Below, piece by piece: positions 54,996 through 64,000 of a stretch of DNA of 64,000 bases. The stretch lies in the IMG/VR virus record IMGVR_UViG_2695420886_000004; one strand, written 5' to 3'. Source of the DNA: a virus. The translations under genes and the position numbers were made by a program. The notes beneath the pieces are model-generated. The model was given only the letters and a program-made list of their open reading frames with translations. It was not told where the DNA came from and made no database searches. Positions within the stretch are counted from its first letter, which is position 1. Each line of letters begins with the position of its first letter.

Positions 54996-55502
54996 GTGAT
55001 TTCCGTTGAAGTGAACGACAAGCACACTGCCACGCTGGCCGGGATCGAGGGCAAGCTGGCCAATCAGGCCGATCTCATGGCGCAGATCGCTGAGCTCCTG
55101 CTCGACAGTACCGTCGAACGGTTTCAGACGGGCACGGCGCCCGACGGCACGCCCTGGGCGCCGAAAAGCTCGACCACGATTGCCGCTTACGAGGCCCGCA
55201 AGGAGCCCGTCTCCCTCAAACCGCTGATCGGGCCGACGAAGAGCCTGAGCTCGATTGCCAACTTCGCCACTGCTTCAGGCGACGACTGGGCCCGGATCAG
55301 CTCGCGCGCCATTCAGTCGGCCGTGATGCAATTCGGGGCCGAGAAAGGCGCCTTCGGGGCCTTCATGGGCATCGACAAGCGCGGTCGGCGGCATTTCCAC
55401 TCAATCCCCTGGGGCGACATCCCGGCACGACCGTTCCTCGGGATTTCGTCCGAGGATGAGGAGAACGTGATCGCGGCGATCAGGGAATGGATGTTCGGCT
55501 GA
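54996..55502 (+). CDS. virion morphogenesis protein (gpG)
   Basis: RFQTGTAPDG.PW, AVMQFG, IPARPFLG; SD AAGGAG before GTG. Confidence 0.88.
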   Translation: MISVEVNDKHTATLAGIEGKLANQADLMAQIAELLLDSTVERFQTGTAPDGTPWAPKSSTTIAAYEARKEPVSLKPLIGPTKSLSSIANFATASGDDWARISSRAIQSAVMQFGAEKGAFGAFMGIDKRGRRHFHSIPWGDIPARPFLGISSEDEENVIAAIREWMFG

Positions 55503-55512
55503 GCCGAACGCA

Positions 55513-57252
55513 TCAGGCAACGTTCCTGCTCCTGTCCGGAAGTACCTGAGGCTCAGCACTTTGAGTGTTCGTTCCGGTGAAAGTGAATAGCATTTGACGC
55601 TGCCGCGCCATTTCTCGCGGATCGACGAACCCAGAACTTGGCGCTTTCTTACGACCTGCCGCAGCCGCCGAAATGCTATCATAGAGGAGCGGAACTCGAA
55701 TGCTTCCACCTGAAAAAATGTCTGCAACTGATAGGATCTGCAACGATGGATACTCGCCAAAATCAGTTTGTATCGTGCCTGCTTTCCTCGCCTCGTCGAG
55801 CATGCCCTTGGTCGGTTCTCGTGCGCAAACAAAAACTGCAATGGCATAGCTATCTCTAGTCTGTGAGCGCTCTCGATGCAGAGTCCCTACAAGATCCCGA
55901 ATCATGCCGGGATGAACATGTTGACCACCCTTTACCGAGACGATACCGCGGCTGTGGGCATCTTTCCCTCGCAAAAAATAGAAGTAGCCATCAATCCCAT
56001 GGTCGTTTCGATAACGCCCTGAGTGCATTGCCCCAATTCTTGATACTGCCCATTCCTCAAATTTGAATGGATCATTGGCGGCGAGCCAAACAGCACCATC
56101 AACACTGTTCGGCAAACCAAAGACATCAAATTGTGCCATCGGGAAGGCGTTCTTAATTCTGTCTCGAACGACGGTCATGGCTTGAACCGCCACATCAATG
56201 CCTAGCCAATGCCTTCCCAGCATTTCGGCGGCGTGCAATGTAGTTCCGCATCCACAGAAGGGGTCGAGCACTACATCGCCGGGTCTCGACGACGCACTCA
56301 AGATCCTCTCTAGCAGTGCAATTGGCTTCTGAGTTGGATAGCCGAGTCGCTCTCTTGCAGTCTGGTTGAGGCGATCAATATCCGTCCACACGTCTCCAAC
56401 TGTGACTTCGCGGCTGCTGGGATCAAATGGTTCGGCGCCCCTACGCCGTGGAAAGCCGTTGTTCGGCGGGAAATGTATTAGACCAGCATCTGCCCAAGCA
56501 TCAAGTTGGGCGTGCGAATTTCCCCAATGCCTCCCAAGAGCTGATACATCAAAACCTCGCCAAGGCTTACCAGTCTCGCCCTCTCTTGTGACGCCCGCAC
56601 CTGTGAGTTCATACGTTTGATACTTCAGGCCATCTGCCCCGGTGATCAAAGTATGAGGCATTTTTGCATTGTCGGCCTTCACCTTTGGAATCTGGTGTAC
56701 GCTTTTTTCCGAAGAATAATGAAATATTGCGTCGTGAAGATGCGGCCAGTTTTTTGGCGTGCCGCGGGCATTGGTTCGCTTCCAGATGATCTCAGCACGA
56801 TACCACTCTGCCCCGAAAACACCATCGAGAAGTATCTTCAGATAGTGACTAGCAGTTGGATCGCAGTGCAGATACAAGCTTCCAGTCCTTTTGAGAACCC
56901 GTCTTAGCTCGACCATTCTTGCCGCCATCATGGACAAATATGCCATCATGTCGTTTTCGCCCAGAACGCTCCTGAGAGCCAACATCAGATCTGCGAGTTT
57001 ACCTGGCCGCTTGGACAACTCCGAAAACTGATCTTCAGCAACGTCACCCCAGCGCCAGGTATCATCGAAGGTAGCGATCTGAGCATCGGACCAACGCGCC
57101 TTATCTGGAGACTTGAAGAGCAGATTGTAGGTTGCGTTCGAGTTGAAGGGGGGGTCGAGATAAATCAGGTCGACGGACTCGTCGGCCACGTATTCCCTGA
57201 GTACGTGAAGGTTGTCTCCGAAGAAGAACGCGTTGCGCTGCGGATTTTTCAT
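55513..57252 (-). CDS. beta-class amino-methyltransferase fused to a Mrr/PD-(D/E)xK-like domain
   Basis: YLDPPF precedes LDPFCGCGTT; YPTQKP; C-terminal DHGIDG...IVSVKGG; visibly lower GC. Confidence 0.88.
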   Translation of the reverse strand: MKNPQRNAFFFGDNLHVLREYVADESVDLIYLDPPFNSNATYNLLFKSPDKARWSDAQIATFDDTWRWGDVAEDQFSELSKRPGKLADLMLALRSVLGENDMMAYLSMMAARMVELRRVLKRTGSLYLHCDPTASHYLKILLDGVFGAEWYRAEIIWKRTNARGTPKNWPHLHDAIFHYSSEKSVHQIPKVKADNAKMPHTLITGADGLKYQTYELTGAGVTREGETGKPWRGFDVSALGRHWGNSHAQLDAWADAGLIHFPPNNGFPRRRGAEPFDPSSREVTVGDVWTDIDRLNQTARERLGYPTQKPIALLERILSASSRPGDVVLDPFCGCGTTLHAAEMLGRHWLGIDVAVQAMTVVRDRIKNAFPMAQFDVFGLPNSVDGAVWLAANDPFKFEEWAVSRIGAMHSGRYRNDHGIDGYFYFLRGKDAHSRGIVSVKGGQHVHPGMIRDLVGTLHRERSQTRDSYAIAVFVCAREPTKGMLDEARKAGTIQTDFGEYPSLQILSVADIFSGGSIRVPLLYDSISAAAAGRKKAPSSGFVDPREMARQRQMLFTFTGTNTQSAEPQVLPDRSRNVA

Positions 57253-57760
57253 TGCTCTGCCTCGAATGCTTTTTCAGAAAGCCTGCATGAGTATCCTTCG
57301 CACACAAAGAATATTGCTAAGTCGATCAACGCAACAATTTAGGGTGTTGCTGAAAATCGTCACGCTTGATGGGCGTCAGCGTGACGCTGGATGCCTCAGA
57401 GGCCTTGCGCGCAATATGATGTGTCAAACGAAAAGTGACCAGAAGTGGAAGAATCTGCGCGCACCCGTCATCTTAGCAAGTCAACCTTAAAACTAGGGCA
57501 AAAATGGTGAAAATCCCATTGACGACGGATGTCACTGCGCGGAAGATTATGTCCGTCAGCAGCCCCACGCTCCAGATCTAGTGAGTACGGAACAGCTGGC
57601 ACGCTCGAGAGACGAATCTTACCACGGACAGTCTCTCGAGCGTTCAAACACGGAACGCCTTTCGGCAGTCTCCCCCTGTTCTGAGGCAAAGAGTGCCATT
57701 GATCAGGCGTGATTTCAAGTCGAAAGGGGCAACGCCCTTGAGGCAGAAAGACGCAAGAAA

Positions 57761-58516
57761 ATGCAGTATTCGCTGCAATTGATCGAGCACGTAGTTCAGG
57801 GAGCCCCTGTTCAGCAACGTGCAAAAGATGGCTACATCAATGCCACGGCCATGTGCCGGATAGCCGGGAAGTTGTGGTCTGACTACAATCGCCTAGCAAC
57901 GACCCAAGCGTTCTTCTCCGCGCTGAGTTCCGATATGGGAATTCCCATATCGGAACTCGTTCAGTCCTCTAAAGGTGGTGACCCACGCCTCCAGGGCACT
58001 TGGGTACACCCGCAGATCGCGCTTCATCTCGCCCAGTGGCTGTCGCCCGAGTTCGCGGTGAAGGTCAGCAAGTGGGTCTACGATTGGCTCAGCGGCAACC
58101 GCGCTCAATCGAACGGCAGCTACCATCTTCGGCGGTACACCTCGAACATGCGTAACATCCCCTACGGTCACTGGTCGATGCTTCAGGAGATGATGATCCA
58201 GTTGATCGGTCCCATGGAATCGATGGGCTATGTCCTGCCGGAAAACATGCTACCGGACATCTCGGAAGGGCGCATGTTCTGCAAATTCCTCAGGGAACAG
58301 CATAACTTGGACACCGATAGACTGCCGACGTATGAGCACGTCTTCGAGGACGGTAGAGTCGTTCGGCCGAAGGCATATCCAAATGCGCTTCTCCCCGGCT
58401 TCAGGGCCCATTTCTTCGAGGTCTGGATGCCCCAAAAGGCGATCGACTACTTCAAAGTTAAAGACCCGGTCGCACTCGACTTTTTACCGTATTTACTGAC
58501 GAAGCCCGCGCTTTGA
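57761..58516 (+). CDS. KilA-N domain protein
   Basis: QRAKDGYINATAMC...GTWVHP.IA..LAQWLSPEFAVKV..WV. Confidence 0.9.
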   Translation: MQYSLQLIEHVVQGAPVQQRAKDGYINATAMCRIAGKLWSDYNRLATTQAFFSALSSDMGIPISELVQSSKGGDPRLQGTWVHPQIALHLAQWLSPEFAVKVSKWVYDWLSGNRAQSNGSYHLRRYTSNMRNIPYGHWSMLQEMMIQLIGPMESMGYVLPENMLPDISEGRMFCKFLREQHNLDTDRLPTYEHVFEDGRVVRPKAYPNALLPGFRAHFFEVWMPQKAIDYFKVKDPVALDFLPYLLTKPAL

Positions 58517-58529
58517 AAACCAACTACGG

Positions 58530-58554
58530 GGAGGGGCAGCTGCGTTGCCCCTCC
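58530..58554. terminator. hairpin between convergent KilA-N and dam genes
   Basis: GGAGGGGCA / TGCCCCTCC 9-bp perfect stem. Confidence 0.6.
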
Positions 58555-58558
58555 ATCT

Positions 58559-59359
58559 TCAGAAGCCAATTGACGAAGAAATCACCAGTTCACCCCGCAT
58601 CGGAGCCCGATCGGTGTTCGCCCCGACTGTGTAGCTGACCTTCACCTCCTCGATCATCGCCCAGGCGAACATCTCGCGGATCTCCGGCATGTCGTTGATC
58701 GACAGGATGAAGCGCCCTTTGATGCCGCGCAGCACCTCGACCATCCGCCCGAAATCCTCCCGGCTGAACATCGCTTTGCCGTAATCGTCCTCGCAGCCCC
58801 AGTACGGCGGATCCAGGTAGAACAGCGTTTCCGGCCCGTCATAACGAGGGATGAAGTCCGCCCAGTCCAGGCACTCGATCACCACGCCGGAGAGCCGCGA
58901 GTGCAGATCCTCAAGCATCGGCTCCAGCGTTGTCAGGTTGAAGCGCCCAGGGCGGTCCTTCGAGACGCCGAAATTGCGCCCGCTCACCTTGCCGCCGAAG
59001 GCGGTGCGCTGAAGGTAAAGGAAACGCGCCGCGCGTTCGAGGTCGGTCAGCGTTTCCGGGTTGGTGTCGACCAGGCGGTTGAACTCGGCGCGGGTGGTGA
59101 GCTGGAAGCGCAGCACCTCAAGGAACTGCGGATAGTGACGCTGCAGGATCCGGAACAGGTTCGACACGTCCCGGCCGCGATCGTTGATCACCTCGGCTTT
59201 CGGGCGGCGCGTGCGGCGCAGGAACACCCCGCCCATGCCCACGAAGGGCTCGCAATAGGTGGTGCAATCGATCGCATCGATCATGGCGCAGAGTCGCTTG
59301 GCAAGGTTGCGCTTGCCGCCCAGCCAAGGGGCGACGGGGGACGTGGGCTCAACGATCAT
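58559..59359 (-). CDS. dam: Dam/D12-class DNA adenine methyltransferase
   Basis: PWLGGKR, EPFVGMGGV, EVIND, FYLDPPY; ATG at 59359 with SD. Confidence 0.92.
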   Translation of the reverse strand: MIVEPTSPVAPWLGGKRNLAKRLCAMIDAIDCTTYCEPFVGMGGVFLRRTRRPKAEVINDRGRDVSNLFRILQRHYPQFLEVLRFQLTTRAEFNRLVDTNPETLTDLERAARFLYLQRTAFGGKVSGRNFGVSKDRPGRFNLTTLEPMLEDLHSRLSGVVIECLDWADFIPRYDGPETLFYLDPPYWGCEDDYGKAMFSREDFGRMVEVLRGIKGRFILSINDMPEIREMFAWAMIEEVKVSYTVGANTDRAPMRGELVISSSIGF

Positions 59360-59383
59360 GGTGATTTCCTCATTTCCGAGTGA

Positions 59384-59398
59384 GAACATAGCACGAAC
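59384..59398 (-). promoter_or_regulatory. alphaproteobacterial LexA (SOS) box
   Basis: GAAC-ATAGCAC-GAAC (GTTC-N7-GTTC on - strand), 25 bp upstream of dam. Confidence 0.6.
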
Positions 59399-59580
59399 AT
59401 TCTGCAAGAACGAAGCCGAATCGAAGGCACTTGACGATTCGGCTTTGGGCGCGCAGCCTTAAATCCGTCGCAGCGAGAACATCGCGAACATGGTTGGCTA
59501 GTGGCCCCCAACACTGAACGGCAGCTGCGCGCCGTGGTGTCTGATCTTCCAAAACACACGTTGGATCGAAAGGAGACCTC

Positions 59581-59823
59581 ATGTCTGAGGACCACCTGAA
59601 ACTTGCGTTTCTCCTGCAGCAGGGCTGGGACATTCCGTCCCTGTCGAAGGAGAGCGGCATTCCCGTCACCGCGCTGGATCGCATTCGATCGAGGACGGGT
59701 GAGATGACCTTGAACCAGTCGACACAGCTGCACAGGCAGGTTGAAATCGAGCGTTCGTTCGGTTGCGGCCTGCCTGGCATAACGATCGATCGTCGATCGC
59801 TCGGCCTCAGCCTGGACGATTGA
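59581..59823 (+). CDS. small HTH-like protein
   Basis: SD AAGGAG; LLQQGWDIPSLSKESGIPVTALDRIR fits an XRE-like HTH. Confidence 0.58.
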   Translation: MSEDHLKLAFLLQQGWDIPSLSKESGIPVTALDRIRSRTGEMTLNQSTQLHRQVEIERSFGCGLPGITIDRRSLGLSLDD

Positions 59824-59828
59824 CACAA

Positions 59829-59870
59829 GGCATTGAGGCGGCGGCGAGCCGCCGCCTCAATGCCAGTTTT
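59829..59870 (+). terminator. strong intrinsic terminator
   Basis: 16-bp perfect stem GGCATTGAGGCGGCGG / CCGCCGCCTCAATGCC, then AGTTTT. Confidence 0.78.
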
Positions 59871-59948
59871 GGTCCGAATATCCCCCCCCCTTGACCGCCT
59901 CGCGCGATCTCGCGCAGGATGATCTTGCGGCCTGAGGCCGCGTCTCCA

Positions 59949-59961
59949 CACACCGTTGTGG
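59949..59961 (+). promoter_or_regulatory. late-promoter box of prophage B, copy 2
   Basis: CACACCGTTGTGG upstream of protease gene. Confidence 0.65.
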
Positions 59962-59998
59962 CTGAAATCGTGTTCATCGACCTGCGATTGTCGCAGGC

Positions 59999-61027
59999 AT
60001 GAGCACATCGAAACCCCATATAGCCCTCATGCAAGCCCAGCCTCTGCCCCACCAGGGCGAGGTGCCGGACTGGATCCACCTGATCCCGGCCGGGGCCGAG
60101 ATCATGACGCAGGACCGGCGCGGGCCGTATCGGCTCGACACCAACAGCGTCGTGGCCTCGCTGGCCCCGGGCGCGAAGCTGCCCATCGACGAAAACCATG
60201 CCATCGACCTCGCCGGGCCGCGGGGCGAACCCTCGCCTGCGCGGGGCTACATCACTGAGCTGCAGGCGCGGTCCGATGGTATCTGGGGCCGCGTCGACTG
60301 GACCGAGGCCGGTCGCGCGCTGATGGCCGACCGGGCCTATCTCGGGATCAGCCCGGCCGTCGTGCATGACGGCGACAAGCTGATCATCGGCCTCGCCCGG
60401 GCCTCGCTCACCAACAAACCCAACCTGCGCGGGCTGACCGCGCTCCACCAGGAGACCAGCATGTCCCTTGCGGCTGTGGCCAAGGCCCTTGGCCTGTCCG
60501 ATGATGCGGGCGAGGATCAGATCCTCGGCGCGATCGGCGAAATCAAGAAACCCAGCGCGACCGAGACCGCGCTGCAATCGAGCCTGGCCGAGATCGGCGT
60601 GGCGCTCGGCGTGACCTCGGCCAAGCCCGAGGACATCCTGGCGGCGGCGAAAGCGGGCAAAGGCCCCGATCAGGCCGTCGTGGCGCTGCAGGCCGAACTG
60701 GCCACCGTCACCACCGAGCTCAACACCCTGAAGACGACCGGTGCGCGGGACAAGGCGACGACCTTCGTCGATGGGGCGATCAAGGACGGGCGGGTCGGCG
60801 TGAAGCCGCTGCGCGAACATTACATCGCCATGCACATGCAGGACCCGGCCCGGGTCGAGAAAGAGATCGGCGCGATGCCGGTGCTGAACGGTGGCGTTGT
60901 CGTGCCGCCCACGCCGCAGCCGGCCAATGGCGAGGTTGCCCTGCAATCGGCGCAGATCGAAGCCGCGAAAGCGCTCGGCATCGATCCCAAGGATTACGCC
61001 GCCACCCTGAAAACGGAGACCCTCTGA
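59999..61027 (+). CDS. Mu-like I protease/scaffold
   Basis: PDWIHLIP, LPIDENHA, YLGISP, LTNKPNL. Confidence 0.9.
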   Translation: MSTSKPHIALMQAQPLPHQGEVPDWIHLIPAGAEIMTQDRRGPYRLDTNSVVASLAPGAKLPIDENHAIDLAGPRGEPSPARGYITELQARSDGIWGRVDWTEAGRALMADRAYLGISPAVVHDGDKLIIGLARASLTNKPNLRGLTALHQETSMSLAAVAKALGLSDDAGEDQILGAIGEIKKPSATETALQSSLAEIGVALGVTSAKPEDILAAAKAGKGPDQAVVALQAELATVTTELNTLKTTGARDKATTFVDGAIKDGRVGVKPLREHYIAMHMQDPARVEKEIGAMPVLNGGVVVPPTPQPANGEVALQSAQIEAAKALGIDPKDYAATLKTETL

Positions 61028-61461
61028 TGGCCCTCGTCGCTGACCGCAACACGCCTGCCTATGCGGGCGACCTTCGCGAGGGGCCGGTGGCCGCTGCGCA
61101 GCTCATCTACGGCGGTGCCATGGTGATGGTGAATGCCGCCGGTTACCTGGTGAAGGGCCAGACGGCGACCGGCCTGATCGGCGTCGGCCGGGCCGAGAGC
61201 CGCGTCGACAACTCGGCCGGTGCCGCCGGGGCGATCACGCTGCGCTACAAGCCGGGCACCTACCGGTTCAAGAACTCGACCGCGGGCGATCTGATCACCG
61301 CCGCCGACATCGGCAAGGCCTGCTACGCGGTCGATGACGAAACCGTCGCGCTGACCTCCGCCACCAACACGCGCTCTCCGGCCGGAACCATCGACTCGGT
61401 CGATGCGAATGGCGTCTGGGTGCGCTTCGACGCTGCGCTCACCCGCGCCGTGCTCTCGTGA
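61027..61461 (+). CDS. capsid decoration protein (DUF2190-like)
   Basis: MAL.ADRNT...IYGG...DIGK.CY.VDD.TV...GVWV. Confidence 0.75.
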   Translation: MALVADRNTPAYAGDLREGPVAAAQLIYGGAMVMVNAAGYLVKGQTATGLIGVGRAESRVDNSAGAAGAITLRYKPGTYRFKNSTAGDLITAADIGKACYAVDDETVALTSATNTRSPAGTIDSVDANGVWVRFDAALTRAVLS

Positions 61462-61480
61462 TCCCCGGAAAGGACTGACC

Positions 61481-62371
61481 ATGCTCGTCAATGCCGCAAC
61501 CCTCGACGCGCTGCGCGTCGGCTTCAAGACCTCGTTCCAGAATGGGCTCGGCCAGGCGCCGAGCCAGTACGAGCGCATCGCCACCATCGTGCCCGCCAAC
61601 ACCAAGGAAGTGAAATACGGCTGGCTCGGCAAGATCCCGAACGTGCGCGAATGGATCGGCGCCCGGGCCGTGCAGAACCTGTCGCAGTCCGACTATTCGA
61701 TCAAGGAAAAGGCCTGGGAACTCACCCTCGGCGTCGATCGCGATGACATCGAGACCGACAACCTCGGGATCTACACGCCGCTCTTCACCGAATTTGGCCG
61801 CTCGACCGGTGCGAAGTGGGATCAGCTGGTGTTCGCCCAGCTCAAGGCCGGGTTCACCACCAACTGTTACGACGGGCAGTATTTTTTCGACACCGATCAC
61901 CCGGTCCTCGATGCCGACGGCAACACCATCACCGTCTCGAACACGGGGGGCGGGGCGGGCACGCCCTGGTTCCTGCTCGACACCACGCGGGCGCTGAAGC
62001 CGATCATCCTGCAGCGCCGCCGCGACTTCGAATTCGTGTCGAAGACCAAGACCGACGACGACCACGTCTTCATGAACAAGGAATTCCTCTACGGCACCGA
62101 TGCCCGCGCCAACGTCGGGTTCGGCTTCTGGCAGATGGCCTACGGCTCGAAGCAGACGCTGGACGCGACGAACTATGCCACCGCCCGGGCGGCGCTGATG
62201 GGGATGAAGGGCGATTACGACCGGCCGATGGGCATCACGCCCAACCTGCTCGTCGTGCCGCCCGCGCTCGAAGGGGCGGCGAACAAGCTGATGAAGAACG
62301 ATCAGATCAACGGCTCGGACAACGAGTGGAAGGGCACGGCCGAGGTGCTGGTGGTGCCGTGGCTCGCATAA
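61481..62371 (+). CDS. Mu gpT-type major capsid protein
   Basis: YGWLG.IP..REWIG, ELTLGVDRDDIE.DNLG, YFFDTDHP, PNLLVVPPALE. Confidence 0.93.
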   Translation: MLVNAATLDALRVGFKTSFQNGLGQAPSQYERIATIVPANTKEVKYGWLGKIPNVREWIGARAVQNLSQSDYSIKEKAWELTLGVDRDDIETDNLGIYTPLFTEFGRSTGAKWDQLVFAQLKAGFTTNCYDGQYFFDTDHPVLDADGNTITVSNTGGGAGTPWFLLDTTRALKPIILQRRRDFEFVSKTKTDDDHVFMNKEFLYGTDARANVGFGFWQMAYGSKQTLDATNYATARAALMGMKGDYDRPMGITPNLLVVPPALEGAANKLMKNDQINGSDNEWKGTAEVLVVPWLA

Positions 62372-62445
62372 GGGGCTGATCGCCGGAAGGCGGTCGGTTT
62401 CCCGAGGGGGCGGGTCAACCGCCCCCGACGATAAGCCGACAGGAG

Positions 62446-62844
62446 ATGAACATGGCGCGCAGCCCCAAAACCAAGGCCGAACCCGAAGCCGTGGCCGAAG
62501 AGACGACCGCGATCGAAGCCGATGCCGTGGCGATCGAAGCCGACGGCACGGACAGCGACGGCACCTGGCCGATCGAAGACGAAAGCGCCCCGGTGGCGCC
62601 CGAAGAACAGAATACCCCCCCGAGCCGCACCGAAGACAGCCTCGACACCGCCCAGACGGAAAACCAGGCCGAGGTGCAACCAGCCGGTGGCATCACGGTG
62701 ACGATCACCGGCCCGAAACAGGGCCGCTGGCGTGCGGGCCGTCATTTCTCGGCCGATCCCACCGTGATCGGGATCGACACGTTGACCGAGGATGAGCTCG
62801 AAGCGCTGCGGGGCGATCCGATGCTCTCCATCGTGGTGGGCTGA
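62446..62844 (+). CDS. HI1506-like (Mu gp35-type) protein
   Basis: ITG..GRWRAGRHF...LT..EL..L..DPML. Confidence 0.72.
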   Translation: MNMARSPKTKAEPEAVAEETTAIEADAVAIEADGTDSDGTWPIEDESAPVAPEEQNTPPSRTEDSLDTAQTENQAEVQPAGGITVTITGPKQGRWRAGRHFSADPTVIGIDTLTEDELEALRGDPMLSIVVG

Positions 62845-62847
62845 GCC

Positions 62848-63276
62848 ATGGCCTACACGACGCAGGCAGACCTGATCACGCGGTACGGCGAGGCGATGAT
62901 CCTCGGTTTGACCGATATCGCCATGCCCGCTTCGGGCCAGATCGACGCCGACATGGTCGGCCGGGCGATCGCTGACGCCGATGCGATGATCGATGGCTAT
63001 CTGCGCGAACGCTATGTCGTTCCGCTGGCCTCGCCGCCGCCGGAGATCTCCGCGATTTCCGCGGCCATCGCTATCTGGAAGCTGCACAGCTTCGAGCCCG
63101 GAAAGAAGATCGAGACCGATTATCGCGATGCGCTGGCGGCGTTGAAGGACATCGCGAAGGGCCTGATCACGCTGGACGCTGCAACCGTCGCCCCGGTCAC
63201 CACCGGCAGCACCGGGGCGATGATCACCGACCGCGAGCGCCCCTTCACCGAGGCGAACATGAAGGGCTTCATATGA
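62848..63276 (+). CDS. Mu gp36/DUF1320 adaptor
   Basis: Homolog of 21085..21513. Confidence 0.88.
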   Translation: MAYTTQADLITRYGEAMILGLTDIAMPASGQIDADMVGRAIADADAMIDGYLRERYVVPLASPPPEISAISAAIAIWKLHSFEPGKKIETDYRDALAALKDIAKGLITLDAATVAPVTTGSTGAMITDRERPFTEANMKGFI

Positions 63277-63701
63277 TCGAGGCGATCATCCAGAAGCTCA
63301 CGGCCGAGGTGCCCGAACTGGGGCCTGTGATGGGCGCGGTGGATTTCGGTGCGCTGGTCGCGGGCGGGAAGATGCCGCAGACCACCTACAGCGCCTTCGT
63401 CCTGCCCGCCGGTCTGATCGGACGCACTGCAGAGGCGGCAGCTGGCGCCTTTGTGCAGACCTTCGACGAGGCGGCGAGCATCATCTTGGCGATCCGGTCT
63501 TTCGAGGCGGCGGGCACCAGGTCGATCGATCCGCTGCGCGCCCTGGTGATGAAGGTCTTCGAGACGCTCGGCGGCTGGACCCCGGGCGACGAGAGCGGCG
63601 CGCTTGTCCTGCGCACCGGGCGGCTGGTGAGCATGCAGGCCGGTCTCATCGTCTACCAGATCGATTTCACCCTGACCGATCAGATGAGGATCGCACGATG
63701 A
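63273..63701 (+). CDS. tail terminator/completion protein
   Basis: Homolog of 21513..21953. Confidence 0.7.
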   Translation: MIEAIIQKLTAEVPELGPVMGAVDFGALVAGGKMPQTTYSAFVLPAGLIGRTAEAAAGAFVQTFDEAASIILAIRSFEAAGTRSIDPLRALVMKVFETLGGWTPGDESGALVLRTGRLVSMQAGLIVYQIDFTLTDQMRIAR

Positions 63702-63859
63702 CGGACCCTGTCACCCCTGTGCTGCCCACCGAGGGCGGCAGCTACATTCGCCAGCCCGACGGCTCCCTGGAACGGCAGGTCGAGCCCCAGGCGGCGCCCG
63801 AGAAACCTGCCGCCGAGGCGGTCGTGCCGAAAGGCAAACCCACCGTGAAGGAGGCTTGA
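63698..63859 (+). CDS. 53-aa protein (GGSYIR.PDGSL)
   Basis: Counterpart of 21950..22153. Confidence 0.6.
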   Translation: MTDPVTPVLPTEGGSYIRQPDGSLERQVEPQAAPEKPAAEAVVPKGKPTVKEA

Positions 63860-63860
63860 A

Positions 63861-64000
63861 ATGGCCATCAACTGGAAATCCAAGGTGCTGCTCTTCAAGA
63901 TCGATACGGTCTACGGCACCGATCCGACGCCCACTGGCGCCCTCAACGCCATTCTCGCGACGCAGATCCGGCTTTCGCCGATGGAAGGTCAGGACAAGAG
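63861..64000 (+). CDS. tail tube protein (5' part, truncated by window)
   Basis: MAINWKSKVLLFKIDTVYGTD; same position and K..YGT motif as 22153. Confidence 0.75.
   Translation, partial: MAINWKSKVLLFKIDTVYGTDPTPTGALNAILATQIRLSPMEGQDK

Larger units (their letters stand above)
33607..64000 (+). mobile_element. Mu-like transposable prophage B (left end inferred; continues beyond window)
   Basis: Repressor/Cro, second MuA/MuB, lysis, terminase, portal, MuF, G, I, gpT, gp36, tail tube. Confidence 0.92.

Noticed and set aside
59477-59489. Second LexA box
   Set aside because: GAAC-N5-GAAC has the wrong spacing
59882-59896. C9 tract next to TTGACC as a phase-variable promoter
   Set aside because: No properly spaced -10, and the tract lies outside the spacer
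1-64000. tRNA, rRNA or IS elements
   Set aside because: None recognised by eye; tRNAscan-SE and ISfinder searches would confirm

Overview
GC-rich, Rhodobacter-like DNA filled by two different, co-oriented Mu-like (transposable) siphophage prophages placed head to tail; no host housekeeping genes were recognised. Prophage A (left end outside the window, to ~33.6 kb) runs ParB, MuA/MuB, early/middle genes, MT-A70 methylase, Mor/C-like activator, amidase lysis block, terminase, portal, MuF, protease, capsid and a full tail. Prophage B (from a candidate TG end with tandem 20-bp repeats at ~33607, continuing past 64000) runs a cleavable CI/Cro switch, MuA/MuB, HU, MT-A70, Mor/C-like activator, lysozyme block and head genes, up to the start of the tail tube. 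Main highlights: (1) both phages carry a spike fibre resembling the R. capsulatus gene transfer agent head spike GhsB, ~96% identical to each other over ~613 bp, but paired with unrelated base proteins and different capsid families; a diverged copy of the same domain is inserted in A's distal tail protein; (2) a well-formed type II hammerhead ribozyme directly after B's HU gene; (3) long MuF proteins with different toxin-like C-termini; (4) a 4.5-kb cassette in B's G-I slot (MTase-nuclease fusion, KilA-N, Dam-like methylase with a LexA-type box, small HTH); (5) phage-specific late-promoter boxes, with a copy of A's box inside B's early region. Family assignments come from motif reading and recall, not database searches.
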